From the IMG/VR virus record IMGVR_UViG_3300031418_000007: a DNA stretch of 64,000 bases. The stretch is one strand, 5' to 3'. Under the pieces are notes generated by a model, which made no database searches, had not been told where the DNA came from, and saw only the letters and a list, made by a program, of their open reading frames with translations. This stretch comes from a virus. Taxonomy: Duplodnaviria > Caudoviricetes. The position numbers were made by a program, and so were the translations under genes. This document shows positions 1 to 8,442 of the stretch, piece by piece. Positions within the stretch are counted from its first letter, which is position 1. Each line of letters starts with the position of its first letter.

Positions 1-535
1 CCACGGCTGCAGCGTTAAACACGTCCAGTGTTAAGTTCTGATTCGCGGCACCCGCTTCTTTTTTCAAGGCGTAAGCCTGGTACTTGTACGAGTTAATTGC
101 TTGGGTAACAAAAGAAAACGTCTGTCCCGCTACTGCGCCGTTGCGTTCAAAGGTCAGAAAGTCGTTGGGACCCGGCATGTCCACCAACTGCTTAGCCGCA
201 ATCAGAATCTGATTCTTAGCCGGATCATAACCAATGGTAACACCGGCACCCGGTTTAATAATCTTGGTCATTAAGTCACTGACGTGAGGATCTAAATCGG
301 TGACATCTGCTGAGACGTGTAAATGAGTCGCCTTAGCTGCTCCAATTTTGTCCGGCGTTGTATTTGCAATATCGGTCGCGTTTTTCTCTGCGGCTGCTTT
401 TAAGAACTGTGTGCGATTAGCCAAAGCAATAGCTTGCTTGTTTGCCGCGCCATCAGCGCCACCTTTCACCTGATCGCCGACATCGATCAATGGAACATCA
501 TCGAAAGTGCCGGTAGGTGTGATATTTGTTGCCAT
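1..535 (-). CDS. Tail fibre protein, N-terminal part (runs off the window)
   Basis: Not in the ORF track. ATG at 535 with GAGG upstream; translates MATNITPTGTFDDVPLIDVGDQVKGGADGAANKQAIALANRTQFLK. The GG.DG.AN.QA..LA.RT..LK motif is typical of tail-fibre N-termini. Confidence 0.75.
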   Translation of the reverse strand, partial: MATNITPTGTFDDVPLIDVGDQVKGGADGAANKQAIALANRTQFLKAAAEKNATDIANTTPDKIGAAKATHLHVSADVTDLDPHVSDLMTKIIKPGAGVTIGYDPAKNQILIAAKQLVDMPGPNDFLTFERNGAVAGQTFSFVTQAINSYKYQAYALKKEAGAANQNLTLDVFNAAAV

Positions 536-554
536 GATGTTCTTTCCTCAATGC

Positions 555-1142
555 TTAGTAAGTCATAGTGCCGTCGTATTTATAAGTTCCGTCATAAAGA
601 AACTCGGTGACCGATGAAGCTAAAACTTTAATAGTGTCAACAAAAGTTTTAGTCCCCACTGTGATTGTGCTACCGTCACCGATTTTTGTCAGCTCCGTGT
701 CCTGCAAGTCAAACAAACAAGACGCTTTAATAACTGCCACACCTTCCGCATAAAGATCTTTTGGCGCGCGAAGGACAACGGCGCAAGCAAGCCGAGGCGG
801 CTCGAAATTTGTATCGTTATAGAAATAAAGTCCTGTTTTAGCTTTTGTCGGTAAATCGCTTTCATTGACAGGGGCAGGGTCGGTAGGTTTTGACACCAAA
901 GGACTTGCGAAATCCAATGTATAATACTTTTGCGCCTGCGCCACCAGCTTGTCAGTAGCGTCCAGATCCACAGTTTGTTGAACCGGACCGTCTGCGATTT
1001 GAGCCGAATGCCAATTGGAAAAAGAAATATCGGACAGGGTAAGATTGTTTAAAATATTCAAAGCAAAGCTGTCATTTTTGTAACGTTCTTTGTTGATAAA
1101 TAAAAACCGATCTAAGAAAAGTTGAAGGGGATTTCCGCTCAT
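555..1142 (-). CDS. Putative virion/tail-associated protein
   Basis: Lies in the fibre cluster. Its N-terminus (LFLDRFLFINKERY) resembles the N-terminus of the 4003-5661 protein (LMLEKFVTVNKVRY). Confidence 0.5.
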   Translation of the reverse strand: MSGNPLQLFLDRFLFINKERYKNDSFALNILNNLTLSDISFSNWHSAQIADGPVQQTVDLDATDKLVAQAQKYYTLDFASPLVSKPTDPAPVNESDLPTKAKTGLYFYNDTNFEPPRLACAVVLRAPKDLYAEGVAVIKASCLFDLQDTELTKIGDGSTITVGTKTFVDTIKVLASSVTEFLYDGTYKYDGTMTY

Positions 1143-1255
1143 GTGAACCTCTTATATAAAAAGAAAAAGTGAGGTCATTACTTATAGACCTGTGCCACTA
1201 TAAAATCCTGATAATGACCCTGAGGTTTCCCCCAAGGCCATTTAATCAAAGAGGA

Positions 1256-2197
1256 TTAGTTAGTTAGGTCCAAAACAAACACCGGCCAGAAAAGACGACC
1301 AAACGCAGGATCAGACCAGTTAGCCTGGGTCAAATTACCGGCATAAATCATTGGTCTTTGGGATGTACCGTTGTCGCTTGTGCTGGAACTCAGGTAGAAA
1401 GAGCCGGTCCAGAAATAACTGCCAAAAGTTGTGGTATCCAATAGAGGTGAATCCGCATACCACATATTAACCCGCATGCGCTTGACGTTGGTGTTGTCAC
1501 TACCAGAGAAACTCGCCAACAATGCCATAACTTCAGAAATAAGGTAAGACCCGTTGTCTGAAGTTATGCCTGAATTGCTGATGAATAAACTGCCATCCCC
1601 CGCGGTCGATTCACGGTTATCGAGATAAGGGGTGCGAATAATGTATTTGTTACTTCCTTTGGTAAAGGAGAACAAATCTTTATCCGTTTGTCCTAGTGCC
1701 GGCATCAGTTTTTTCTGCATCAATGTGTAACCTGATGCAGTGGTATTAACGCTCATCATTGCGCAATCAGGAATGAAAAGAATTCTACCGCCCACAATCC
1801 ATTTGTGGAAAACTTTAAGCGTTGAGATTGCAGCTGAATCAGTAGTGATGCCCGCGGCGGCAGCGACCTCGGTAAACGTAGGCATTAACGTTTTGTCTAC
1901 ACTACCGAAATAACCAAATTCCCAGTTGCCGCGCAGCAGCTTATCAGACCCTAATCCCGTGCTTTCAAAACTCGCCAAAGGTTGTTCAATTGACCAGGTC
2001 TTCAGGTCATCTTGATACACCAATGACGAATAATAATAAACCCGGTTTATTTGCGCGGTGGTATCCTCATAAGCCAGTGCTGTAGGGGGCAAGGTCGCCA
2101 ACAGAGTTTTATCTCCCCCTCGTTTAGCTGCCCGGTAGATTTCGATTTTGGTGATCGCATCTTTATTAGGGTTGAGCCAATCATAAACAATAGACAT
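1256..2197 (-). CDS. Virion structural protein, phiKZ gp131/134/135-like paralogue
   Basis: FN3-like N-terminus (KIEIYRA...YEDTTA...YYY), LLRGNWEFGYFG core, KWIVGGRILFIP, C-terminal FWPVFVL. Confidence 0.65.
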   Translation of the reverse strand: MSIVYDWLNPNKDAITKIEIYRAAKRGGDKTLLATLPPTALAYEDTTAQINRVYYYSSLVYQDDLKTWSIEQPLASFESTGLGSDKLLRGNWEFGYFGSVDKTLMPTFTEVAAAAGITTDSAAISTLKVFHKWIVGGRILFIPDCAMMSVNTTASGYTLMQKKLMPALGQTDKDLFSFTKGSNKYIIRTPYLDNRESTAGDGSLFISNSGITSDNGSYLISEVMALLASFSGSDNTNVKRMRVNMWYADSPLLDTTTFGSYFWTGSFYLSSSTSDNGTSQRPMIYAGNLTQANWSDPAFGRLFWPVFVLDLTN

Positions 2198-2207
2198 TTA
2201 GCTCTCC

Positions 2208-3101
2208 TTAAAGCACGAGTTCCAACACAGGCCAAAAACGCAGGGTAGTGCCGGTGAGCTGACTGATCGAACCGTTGGATTGCAAACCCCACGACGCGCT
2301 TGGGTTAGAAGGCGGCTGTGCGCCCACTGGAACATAGCTGGTATAAGACAAATCCAACAGGTGGTATTTCGTCCCTGCACCGGCACTGTTCAATGCATTC
2401 GCCCAGGCTGGGTTTTGGCTCTGGTTGTTAAACATTCCGGCAAACAGTCCAGCTTCACTTCCTAAGAAGTCAGCATTGCTACCATCGAGAGTCTGAACGG
2501 TCATGTATTTCGCCGGATCTTTTGACGGATTAGGCAAACGATAAATATATTGCCAGCCGTTACTTTCCATGCGATACGAATCTTTAACCGTTGCAGGATA
2601 GCCGTGGCCGGCATACATAGCCAGCGTGGTCGTCTGACCGCCGTAGGTCACGTAGTTGTTGGGAACAAACAAAATCTTATTATTCACAACGAACTTATGA
2701 TATTTGTCAAACAGTGTCGCCAAGAAATTTGGATTCAGATTAACCGCACCCAATGCTGCTTTGATCTGACCTTGGGTAAGCACATCTGTGACGTTGACTT
2801 CACCGAAATAACCAAACGTCCAATCACCACGTAACAACGTTGCAGGGCCGGGGCCGGATTCAGGAAAATAACCCACGGCAAAAGGCTCGCCCATAGTTTC
2901 AACGTTATTATCGTCGACGCTAGAGATGGCAAACCAATAGGTGGTATTACGAACGACATCATCGTAGGTTTTAGCCGTTACATCGTTTGCCACTTCTGTC
3001 ATATCACTGGGTAAAGTTGCGTTAGTAAATTTCGCTGTTGCGCGATAGATTCGATATTTAGCCGCCCCTACCGCTGCGTTCCAGTTTACCGTTAAAGACA
3101 T
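2208..3101 (-). CDS. Virion structural protein, same paralogue family
   Basis: YRIYRA...TYDD..RNTTYWF, GPGPATLLRGDWTFGYFGEV, KFVVNNKILFVP, SEAG, FWPVLEL. Confidence 0.65.
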   Translation of the reverse strand: MSLTVNWNAAVGAAKYRIYRATAKFTNATLPSDMTEVANDVTAKTYDDVVRNTTYWFAISSVDDNNVETMGEPFAVGYFPESGPGPATLLRGDWTFGYFGEVNVTDVLTQGQIKAALGAVNLNPNFLATLFDKYHKFVVNNKILFVPNNYVTYGGQTTTLAMYAGHGYPATVKDSYRMESNGWQYIYRLPNPSKDPAKYMTVQTLDGSNADFLGSEAGLFAGMFNNQSQNPAWANALNSAGAGTKYHLLDLSYTSYVPVGAQPPSNPSASWGLQSNGSISQLTGTTLRFWPVLELVL

Positions 3102-3104
3102 GGA

Positions 3105-3992
3105 TTATTCCTCTACTAGTTCAAGAATGGGCCAGACCATGACCTGGGTAGCCACCGCAACGGTTTTTACAGCTGACACGGCGCTGCGTGTAGCGCTGTT
3201 GGTGCCGCGAACAAGTGATTGCGTCCCGTCGGCGCTGGTTTCATTGCAGAGAACTGGATAGGCATTTAAACGAAGCTGAGTATAAGTCATCTGCGCCAGG
3301 TTGGGTAGACGCTGACCCAACGGTGTAAAGTCGATCATGGGATAAATTAGATCGTTAAATTCATTGGTCTGAGACAACAGCGTTTCAAAATCACCTGTGA
3401 AGGCGTTGGCGGGAAGAGTGCTTCCATCCTCATTCCACCCTTTGGCTAGCCGAACTTTGTATTTGTTTCCACGCAACGTCAGGATCTTTGAACCATCTAA
3501 AGTTCCCGCTGCTTTAGCCTGAGCACTGGTGATCCCGTAAACCAATGCTGTGTTTGGGACAAACAGCACTTTGTTATTGCGAATGAACTTATACCAGTAG
3601 GTATAAGGGAACTGCGAGCCGTTGTTCAGACCCAGCGCAGTATAAAGATCCGCAGAACTGATCAATGAGTCAGCCAGCAGTGAGTCCATGTAACCCAGGT
3701 TAGCATCACCTACCAAAATCTTACTGCGCCCTTCTCCACGTGTTTCAGTGGCTTGCAGATAGAAATCGCGACTTAACTGACGATCTTTAGCACCCACAAC
3801 TTCAAACACATAATGGTAGAAATTATCTTGCACCGCGGTAGGGTCAGTAAAGACGATAGGATTACCCGTGACCTGGGTCAAACTCAACAAAGCCGTTGGT
3901 AAATTGTCACGATCGATAACACTGTCACTGCGATAAACATTAACATTTACCGGCACAGTGTTGTTGTTTACAAGCGAAAGGCGAATAGCCAT
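3105..3992 (-). CDS. Virion structural protein, same paralogue family
   Basis: NVYRSD...FTDPTA...YHY, ILVGDANLGY, WYKFIRNNKVLFVP, NEFNDLIY, VWPILEL. Confidence 0.65.
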   Translation of the reverse strand: MAIRLSLVNNNTVPVNVNVYRSDSVIDRDNLPTALLSLTQVTGNPIVFTDPTAVQDNFYHYVFEVVGAKDRQLSRDFYLQATETRGEGRSKILVGDANLGYMDSLLADSLISSADLYTALGLNNGSQFPYTYWYKFIRNNKVLFVPNTALVYGITSAQAKAAGTLDGSKILTLRGNKYKVRLAKGWNEDGSTLPANAFTGDFETLLSQTNEFNDLIYPMIDFTPLGQRLPNLAQMTYTQLRLNAYPVLCNETSADGTQSLVRGTNSATRSAVSAVKTVAVATQVMVWPILELVEE

Positions 3993-4002
3993 GAAAATTT
4001 CC

Positions 4003-5661
4003 TTAATTACCTAATTGGGAATAATCGGTTGTGGGGATTGAGATTGCCGCTGGGCGTGGCATGGCCTGCAATGCCAATGGTGCAGGACTGGCGGCAACTA
4101 TCGCAATGGTTCGTATTTCACGGGAGTAATCCACGCTGGCCGGTTTAGGAAGCGGCGGTTCTGTAACAAACCTCGGCTGTTCTATCCGGTAAATACCTTG
4201 GAATTCCGTTGTCATTACCGTAGGTTTAGGAACAGCCTGCGGGGTAATGTCTTTAAACATTACCTGTCTCATCCCTATAACCGTATTGGTCACGGCCGAA
4301 TCTTTGAATAGCGGCGGTGGGACGGTTTCGTCTTTCCTTAGCTGCACAACACGGATTGGAATAACCGCTTCATCGATAGAGAAAGATTTAAACTTCGGCA
4401 CCGGCGTTACAAACTGAGTAGTGGCGCCTTTAATCGGATGTGCGTCAGTGGTGCCTGCAATGGCATGATTCAAGGGGACCAAGCGCAAAGGTGGGGTCAT
4501 TTGGAAAACCGGATCCCATTCGATGCCCTCTACACCCTTCATAATCAATACAGGACGGAACCCCCGATTTTTACTTGCGACATTTAGCAAACTGCTTGTA
4601 TTGCCGGTGATGTTTCCGGTACCGCCGCGTATGCTCGTAGAAGCGACACTGCTGTCTTCCTGATAGACCCAGGACCATTCACCTTTCTGAAGCGCGCTCC
4701 CGCCCACCAAACCAATGCCTAAATCTTCATCAGCAAAACTTTCCCAGAATAACTTCTCCGGATCGTTTACACTGACGTGGTACAACAAGTCTTCCCATTC
4801 GTTGTACAGCGTCCCTGGTGTTCCGTGAGGAATGCGTACATTATAATCTGCTCCCTTTATCGTATACAGCCGATCACCTTCTGTGAGGTTTAACGCCTGT
4901 AACTGTAAGTATGTTAAATTGTTGGCGGTAGGCTTTTGCGCAATAAGAATAGTTTTGCCGTTGTAGCTGAACTTAAACCACAAATTCTCACCCTGATAGA
5001 TGATGTTCTCTTGTGGAACGCCGATCATTTCCGTTAATACTTCAGGAGAGATAAAATCACTAGGCAGAACTTGACCGTAATAACCCTTGACCCACGTACC
5101 CACGGATAACTTGTTGGGGTCCTTACGCACAATCGTGAGTTCACCGTAAATCGTGTCGCCATTAACAAGGATCTTGAAAATATCCGCACTGATAGTATCG
5201 GTTATAGAGACTTCACGACTTTTAATTAAATAATTTGAAGAGGCATTGATTTCCAGCATCGCGGCTGAAAGAATATCGGACGGTGATGTGAACTCGGTCG
5301 GAATAACCAGCACGACCACATCTTCATTGGTGGCATTATCTTTATACTTATAAAAACCCCGTGTTTTAGTGGAAACAATATCATTTAAGGATGTGTAGAG
5401 TGTGTTGTCACTGAAGTTTAACACCCTGTCACCATTGATTGAAGCGCATTCCCAGGATTGCTCCTCGGCTTCAATAAATAACGACGATGATGCAAGATTA
5501 GACACGCGTCCTGTAACGGGATTCGCAGGATCCGCTGCTATGGTGTCAAACTCGATCGATTGCACATTAACCTTGTCTAAACGGCTTGTGTAATCCGGGT
5601 ACCTCACCTTGTTTACAGTGACAAATTTCTCTAGCATCAATTCGCGAGAATCTAAGGCCAT
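4003..5661 (-). CDS. Modular virion protein: 555-type domain, fibre-paralogue domain and Pro-rich degenerate repeats
   Basis: WFKFSYNGKTILIA, NEWEDLLY, WSWVYQE...IRG...NRGFRPVL, followed by roughly 25-aa Pro-containing repeats. Probable start MALDSRE at 5661 (track start 5700). Confidence 0.6.
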   Translation of the reverse strand: MALDSRELMLEKFVTVNKVRYPDYTSRLDKVNVQSIEFDTIAADPANPVTGRVSNLASSSLFIEAEEQSWECASINGDRVLNFSDNTLYTSLNDIVSTKTRGFYKYKDNATNEDVVVLVIPTEFTSPSDILSAAMLEINASSNYLIKSREVSITDTISADIFKILVNGDTIYGELTIVRKDPNKLSVGTWVKGYYGQVLPSDFISPEVLTEMIGVPQENIIYQGENLWFKFSYNGKTILIAQKPTANNLTYLQLQALNLTEGDRLYTIKGADYNVRIPHGTPGTLYNEWEDLLYHVSVNDPEKLFWESFADEDLGIGLVGGSALQKGEWSWVYQEDSSVASTSIRGGTGNITGNTSSLLNVASKNRGFRPVLIMKGVEGIEWDPVFQMTPPLRLVPLNHAIAGTTDAHPIKGATTQFVTPVPKFKSFSIDEAVIPIRVVQLRKDETVPPPLFKDSAVTNTVIGMRQVMFKDITPQAVPKPTVMTTEFQGIYRIEQPRFVTEPPLPKPASVDYSREIRTIAIVAASPAPLALQAMPRPAAISIPTTDYSQLGN

Positions 5662-5729
5662 TGAAAAGTTCTCTCTGTGGGTAAAAAACATAAAATTCAA
5701 AAGACAAAAAAAAAAGACGCATACATATG

Positions 5730-5760
5730 ACAGGCCCGGGGTTGTTACCCCCAGGTCTGT
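5730..5760 (-). terminator. Stem-loop followed by U-tract
   Basis: acagacctgggg-gtaacaa-ccccgggcctgt on the minus strand; a 10-T run at 5706-5715. Confidence 0.55.
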
Positions 5761-5928
5761 GTATGAGTTGTGAGATTAATAGTTATTGTTTTTAACAGGT
5801 TGATTGTAACCCACTCGGTTTTATTATGGTGGCAAACCATTGAGACTGCTACCTCAATGTTTTTTACTAACTTTGTTTACCACTCCTATATAATAGAAAC
5901 TTTCAGTGAAAAAATAAATAAGGTAAAG

Positions 5929-5956
5929 TAACTACCTGACCGAAGCCAGGTAGTTA
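5929..5956 (-). terminator. Intrinsic terminator with UUCG-type loop
   Basis: taactacctg-gcttcggt-caggtagtta directly after the 5964 ORF, followed by a T-rich tail. Confidence 0.8.
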
Positions 5957-5963
5957 GTCTTTA

Positions 5964-6263
5964 TCAGAAATGATCACGTGCAATGATCAACAACTCGTCT
6001 TTGTCTACAATGAACGGAGGTTTGCCATCAACGCTTAACTTAAAGCTGTGACGGTTTACTGATTCGTCAAAGGTGACGTGGAACTTGGTGTCAGCGACGC
6101 AGCCATCAATAAACCCTGCTCCCTTGACATAAGTGGTGGTTAGCTCCGCTTCTTTGCCGAATACTGTTCCGACAGTTTCTACGGTTCCATATTTGCCTTC
6201 ATCCTCAATGTTTGCAGGATCCAGCAGAAAGTCCAGTGCCATTACCAGAATGTTGGTGATCAT
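5964..6263 (-). CDS. Hypothetical protein
   Basis: 99-aa ORF with an AGGA RBS, in operon context. Confidence 0.6.
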   Translation of the reverse strand: MITNILVMALDFLLDPANIEDEGKYGTVETVGTVFGKEAELTTTYVKGAGFIDGCVADTKFHVTFDESVNRHSFKLSVDGKPPFIVDKDELLIIARDHF

Positions 6264-6278
6264 AGGGTTTCCTCTTTA

Positions 6279-6770
6279 CTAACGATAGGTACGGTAACTC
6301 CCGTCCAAGATCTCCTCGTGACTCACTAAGCGGTAGCCAGTTGCCTCCAAGGAGACGTTGATAAAACGCTTGTCGGGAATAATTACCTCGTGCAGATGCC
6401 CATGGATGTTTAAACGCCCACGTAGGTGATCGGCATGCACGGGTATGTGAGTAATCCAATATGGATGGTTCTTCCAGCGATACCCGCCTTGGATGTCATC
6501 CACAACCCCCAGAAGATCCGACCAACGAATTCCTTTCTCAAAATCATGGTTACCCACGATTAGTCTTTTTCTACAGGGTAGCTTTCTGAATTCATCTAGC
6601 ATATGCCGCCCGACGATACAGTCTCCTACCATTTCCAATTCATCATTGGGTTTCAACTTACTTAACAAATCCATTATGAATTCGTCATGGTAGCCTAGAG
6701 TGGGGAACTGCTCGCGGTACTTGATAATGCTTTTATCGCCAGCGTGTAAGTCTGCTACAAAGTACTTCAT
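6279..6770 (-). CDS. Calcineurin-like metallophosphoesterase
   Basis: DLH, GD, GNHD, TH.P and HGHLH metal-binding motifs. Confidence 0.9.
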   Translation of the reverse strand: MKYFVADLHAGDKSIIKYREQFPTLGYHDEFIMDLLSKLKPNDELEMVGDCIVGRHMLDEFRKLPCRKRLIVGNHDFEKGIRWSDLLGVVDDIQGGYRWKNHPYWITHIPVHADHLRGRLNIHGHLHEVIIPDKRFINVSLEATGYRLVSHEEILDGSYRTYR

Positions 6771-6824
6771 TATAACCCCAAGAAAAGAGTGTCAAGATAC
6801 ATATAACACGCTTGGAGTTTAAAT

Positions 6825-7199
6825 TCATTTTGGCTGAACAGGCTTTATGTCGTAATCTTTCAGGGGAGGAACGATGTCTAAGTTCTCCACAATCAGGATT
6901 TCGCAGTTGTCGCGATCTACTCGTCGCAGCTCTGTTATAACGTCAAAATGGTCGAAGCCCTGGATGCGGGTATAACGCACTTGCTGCGAGGTTCCTTTAT
7001 CACAGAGAGCTTCTAAGTGGTAACCTGGCTTAGCAACATACTTGAAGCTAAAGAAAGGAAGAGGTACGGCTTTGATGTTGTACTCTTTGTACTTCCAGTT
7101 GTACCAGGTGACGTAGCAGTCAACGGTCATACTCGAGAGCCCATACAGTACTAGCAATCCGGCAAGACCGACGCCAAGAGAACGCATTAGTGCCTTCAT
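6825..7199 (-). CDS. Membrane-anchored hypothetical protein
   Basis: Start MKALMRS at 7199 after GAGG; N-terminal hydrophobic segment LGVGLAGLLVLYGL. Confidence 0.6.
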   Translation of the reverse strand: MKALMRSLGVGLAGLLVLYGLSSMTVDCYVTWYNWKYKEYNIKAVPLPFFSFKYVAKPGYHLEALCDKGTSQQVRYTRIQGFDHFDVITELRRVDRDNCEILIVENLDIVPPLKDYDIKPVQPK

Positions 7200-7266
7200 A
7201 ACACATAACCTCAAAAAATTAAAGAAGCGAGAGTGTTGTCCCGAAGGACAACTAGCTCTCATAAGA

Positions 7267-7530
7267 TTACTGCATTTTCGCCTGAATATCCTTTAACACA
7301 GCCCGTGCGTCCTCAACTAAGCTATGCAGCTCGTTGATACGTTCTGGTAAGGTGGCGTCTTTCAGCTGCTGCTGGAAGTGATGCAGGTAACGCGAATACG
7401 TTTCGAACTTAGCCTGTAACCATTCCTGATCAATGTCACGCTGTTCTTTTTTCTGCGTGAATTGACGTTGTACCTGAGCATTGCTTTCAGGTAAATTGTT
7501 GTGAGCAAAATAAACGCCACCGATATTCAT
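7267..7530 (-). CDS. Hypothetical coiled-coil protein
   Basis: 87-aa ORF with a GAGG RBS. Confidence 0.6.
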   Translation of the reverse strand: MNIGGVYFAHNNLPESNAQVQRQFTQKKEQRDIDQEWLQAKFETYSRYLHHFQQQLKDATLPERINELHSLVEDARAVLKDIQAKMQ

Positions 7531-7538
7531 AAACTACC

Positions 7539-8336
7539 TCATCGTGTTAAACAGTAAGTGAAGATATCGTCGCAATTAAAGAACTTCTCAATTGCCTCTT
7601 GTTTTTCCGACCCGCCATCATGAGATAACCATCCCGGCGTTGACCCACCGTGCTCTTCCATCTCTAAAGCATTTTCTAGAATGTGGAAACTGTTGTACCA
7701 CTCACCCGCGTAGTTATCAAACACCGGGTCCACCAATGCCTCTAACTTTTCCCGCTCGCTGCGGTCAGTAAGTGAAAACGGTATGTCGTGCTTGTTCTTT
7801 AAATAGCCGCCAAGAATTCCGACATAAACCAATGCAGCTGCAAAGTCGATTTCAGGCGCGCCGGTGACATCCCCAAACACTTCCTTAATGACACCAGGTA
7901 ATGCCGCTGGATCAGACGTTAACGCCGGGAGCGAATCGTAGGCAAAGCTAACACACTTGAATTTGTCGTAGCCTTCCCATTCTACCTTAAAGAAGAGATC
8001 GGGGAGCGCCAACAGTTCTTTGCCCTTTTCAGTATAAGAAAGGTCTTTGTTAATTAACCCGTCTTTCCAGCACGCAAACTTAAAGAGTTCCAACCCGCCC
8101 GGTAAACGGTGATAATTTTTACCTGACGCTATGTCGCCGAATTGAGCGAAAAAGAAGCTGGTGGCTTCATCCGGTCTTCCGCAGCCACAGCCCCAGGCGT
8201 TTTCACAGAGGGCGGTGTTGAGGAAATCTAAAATGTCTTCCTGTTCACACCCGTCATAATGTAAAACACCTTCATATGTTGCCAACTTAGTAGCGTCAAA
8301 AGGTTTGCAGTGCATCTCTATTAATGATTGGGTCAT
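7539..8336 (-). CDS. Hypothetical protein with GCGCGRP and EHGGSxxGW motifs
   Basis: First gene after the CTATATTAC promoter-like motif at 8376-8384. Confidence 0.6.
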   Translation of the reverse strand: MTQSLIEMHCKPFDATKLATYEGVLHYDGCEQEDILDFLNTALCENAWGCGCGRPDEATSFFFAQFGDIASGKNYHRLPGGLELFKFACWKDGLINKDLSYTEKGKELLALPDLFFKVEWEGYDKFKCVSFAYDSLPALTSDPAALPGVIKEVFGDVTGAPEIDFAAALVYVGILGGYLKNKHDIPFSLTDRSEREKLEALVDPVFDNYAGEWYNSFHILENALEMEEHGGSTPGWLSHDGGSEKQEAIEKFFNCDDIFTYCLTR

Positions 8337-8375
8337 AATGGTTCCTCAAAATTAATTAGTGGTTTATCTACCCGG

Positions 8376-8384
8376 GTAATATAG
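8376..8384 (-). promoter_or_regulatory. Putative early (virion RNAP) promoter core CTATATTAC
   Basis: Identical 9-mer also at 23298 and 25774. All three are intergenic, follow a terminator and have AT-rich upstream sequence. Matches the phiKZ early TATTAC element. Confidence 0.7.
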
Positions 8385-8403
8385 AACCAAAAAAGAATGT
8401 ATA

Positions 8404-8433
8404 CTAACTCCTACCCATGTGGGTAGGAGTTAG
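8404..8433 (-). terminator. Intrinsic terminator
   Basis: ctaactcctaccc-atgt-gggtaggagttag, a 13-bp perfect stem. Confidence 0.8.
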
Positions 8434-8442
8434 GAGTATTAC

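Noticed and set aside
5706-5715. Poly-A runs (10 A here, 12 A at 61346-61357) as phase-variation tracts
   Set aside because: Both are intergenic and sit beside hairpins, so they are explained as terminator U-tracts.
1256-5964. Diversity-generating retroelement acting on the RPVL-ending genes
   Set aside because: No reverse transcriptase and no near-identical template/variable repeat pair differing at adenines was visible in the window.
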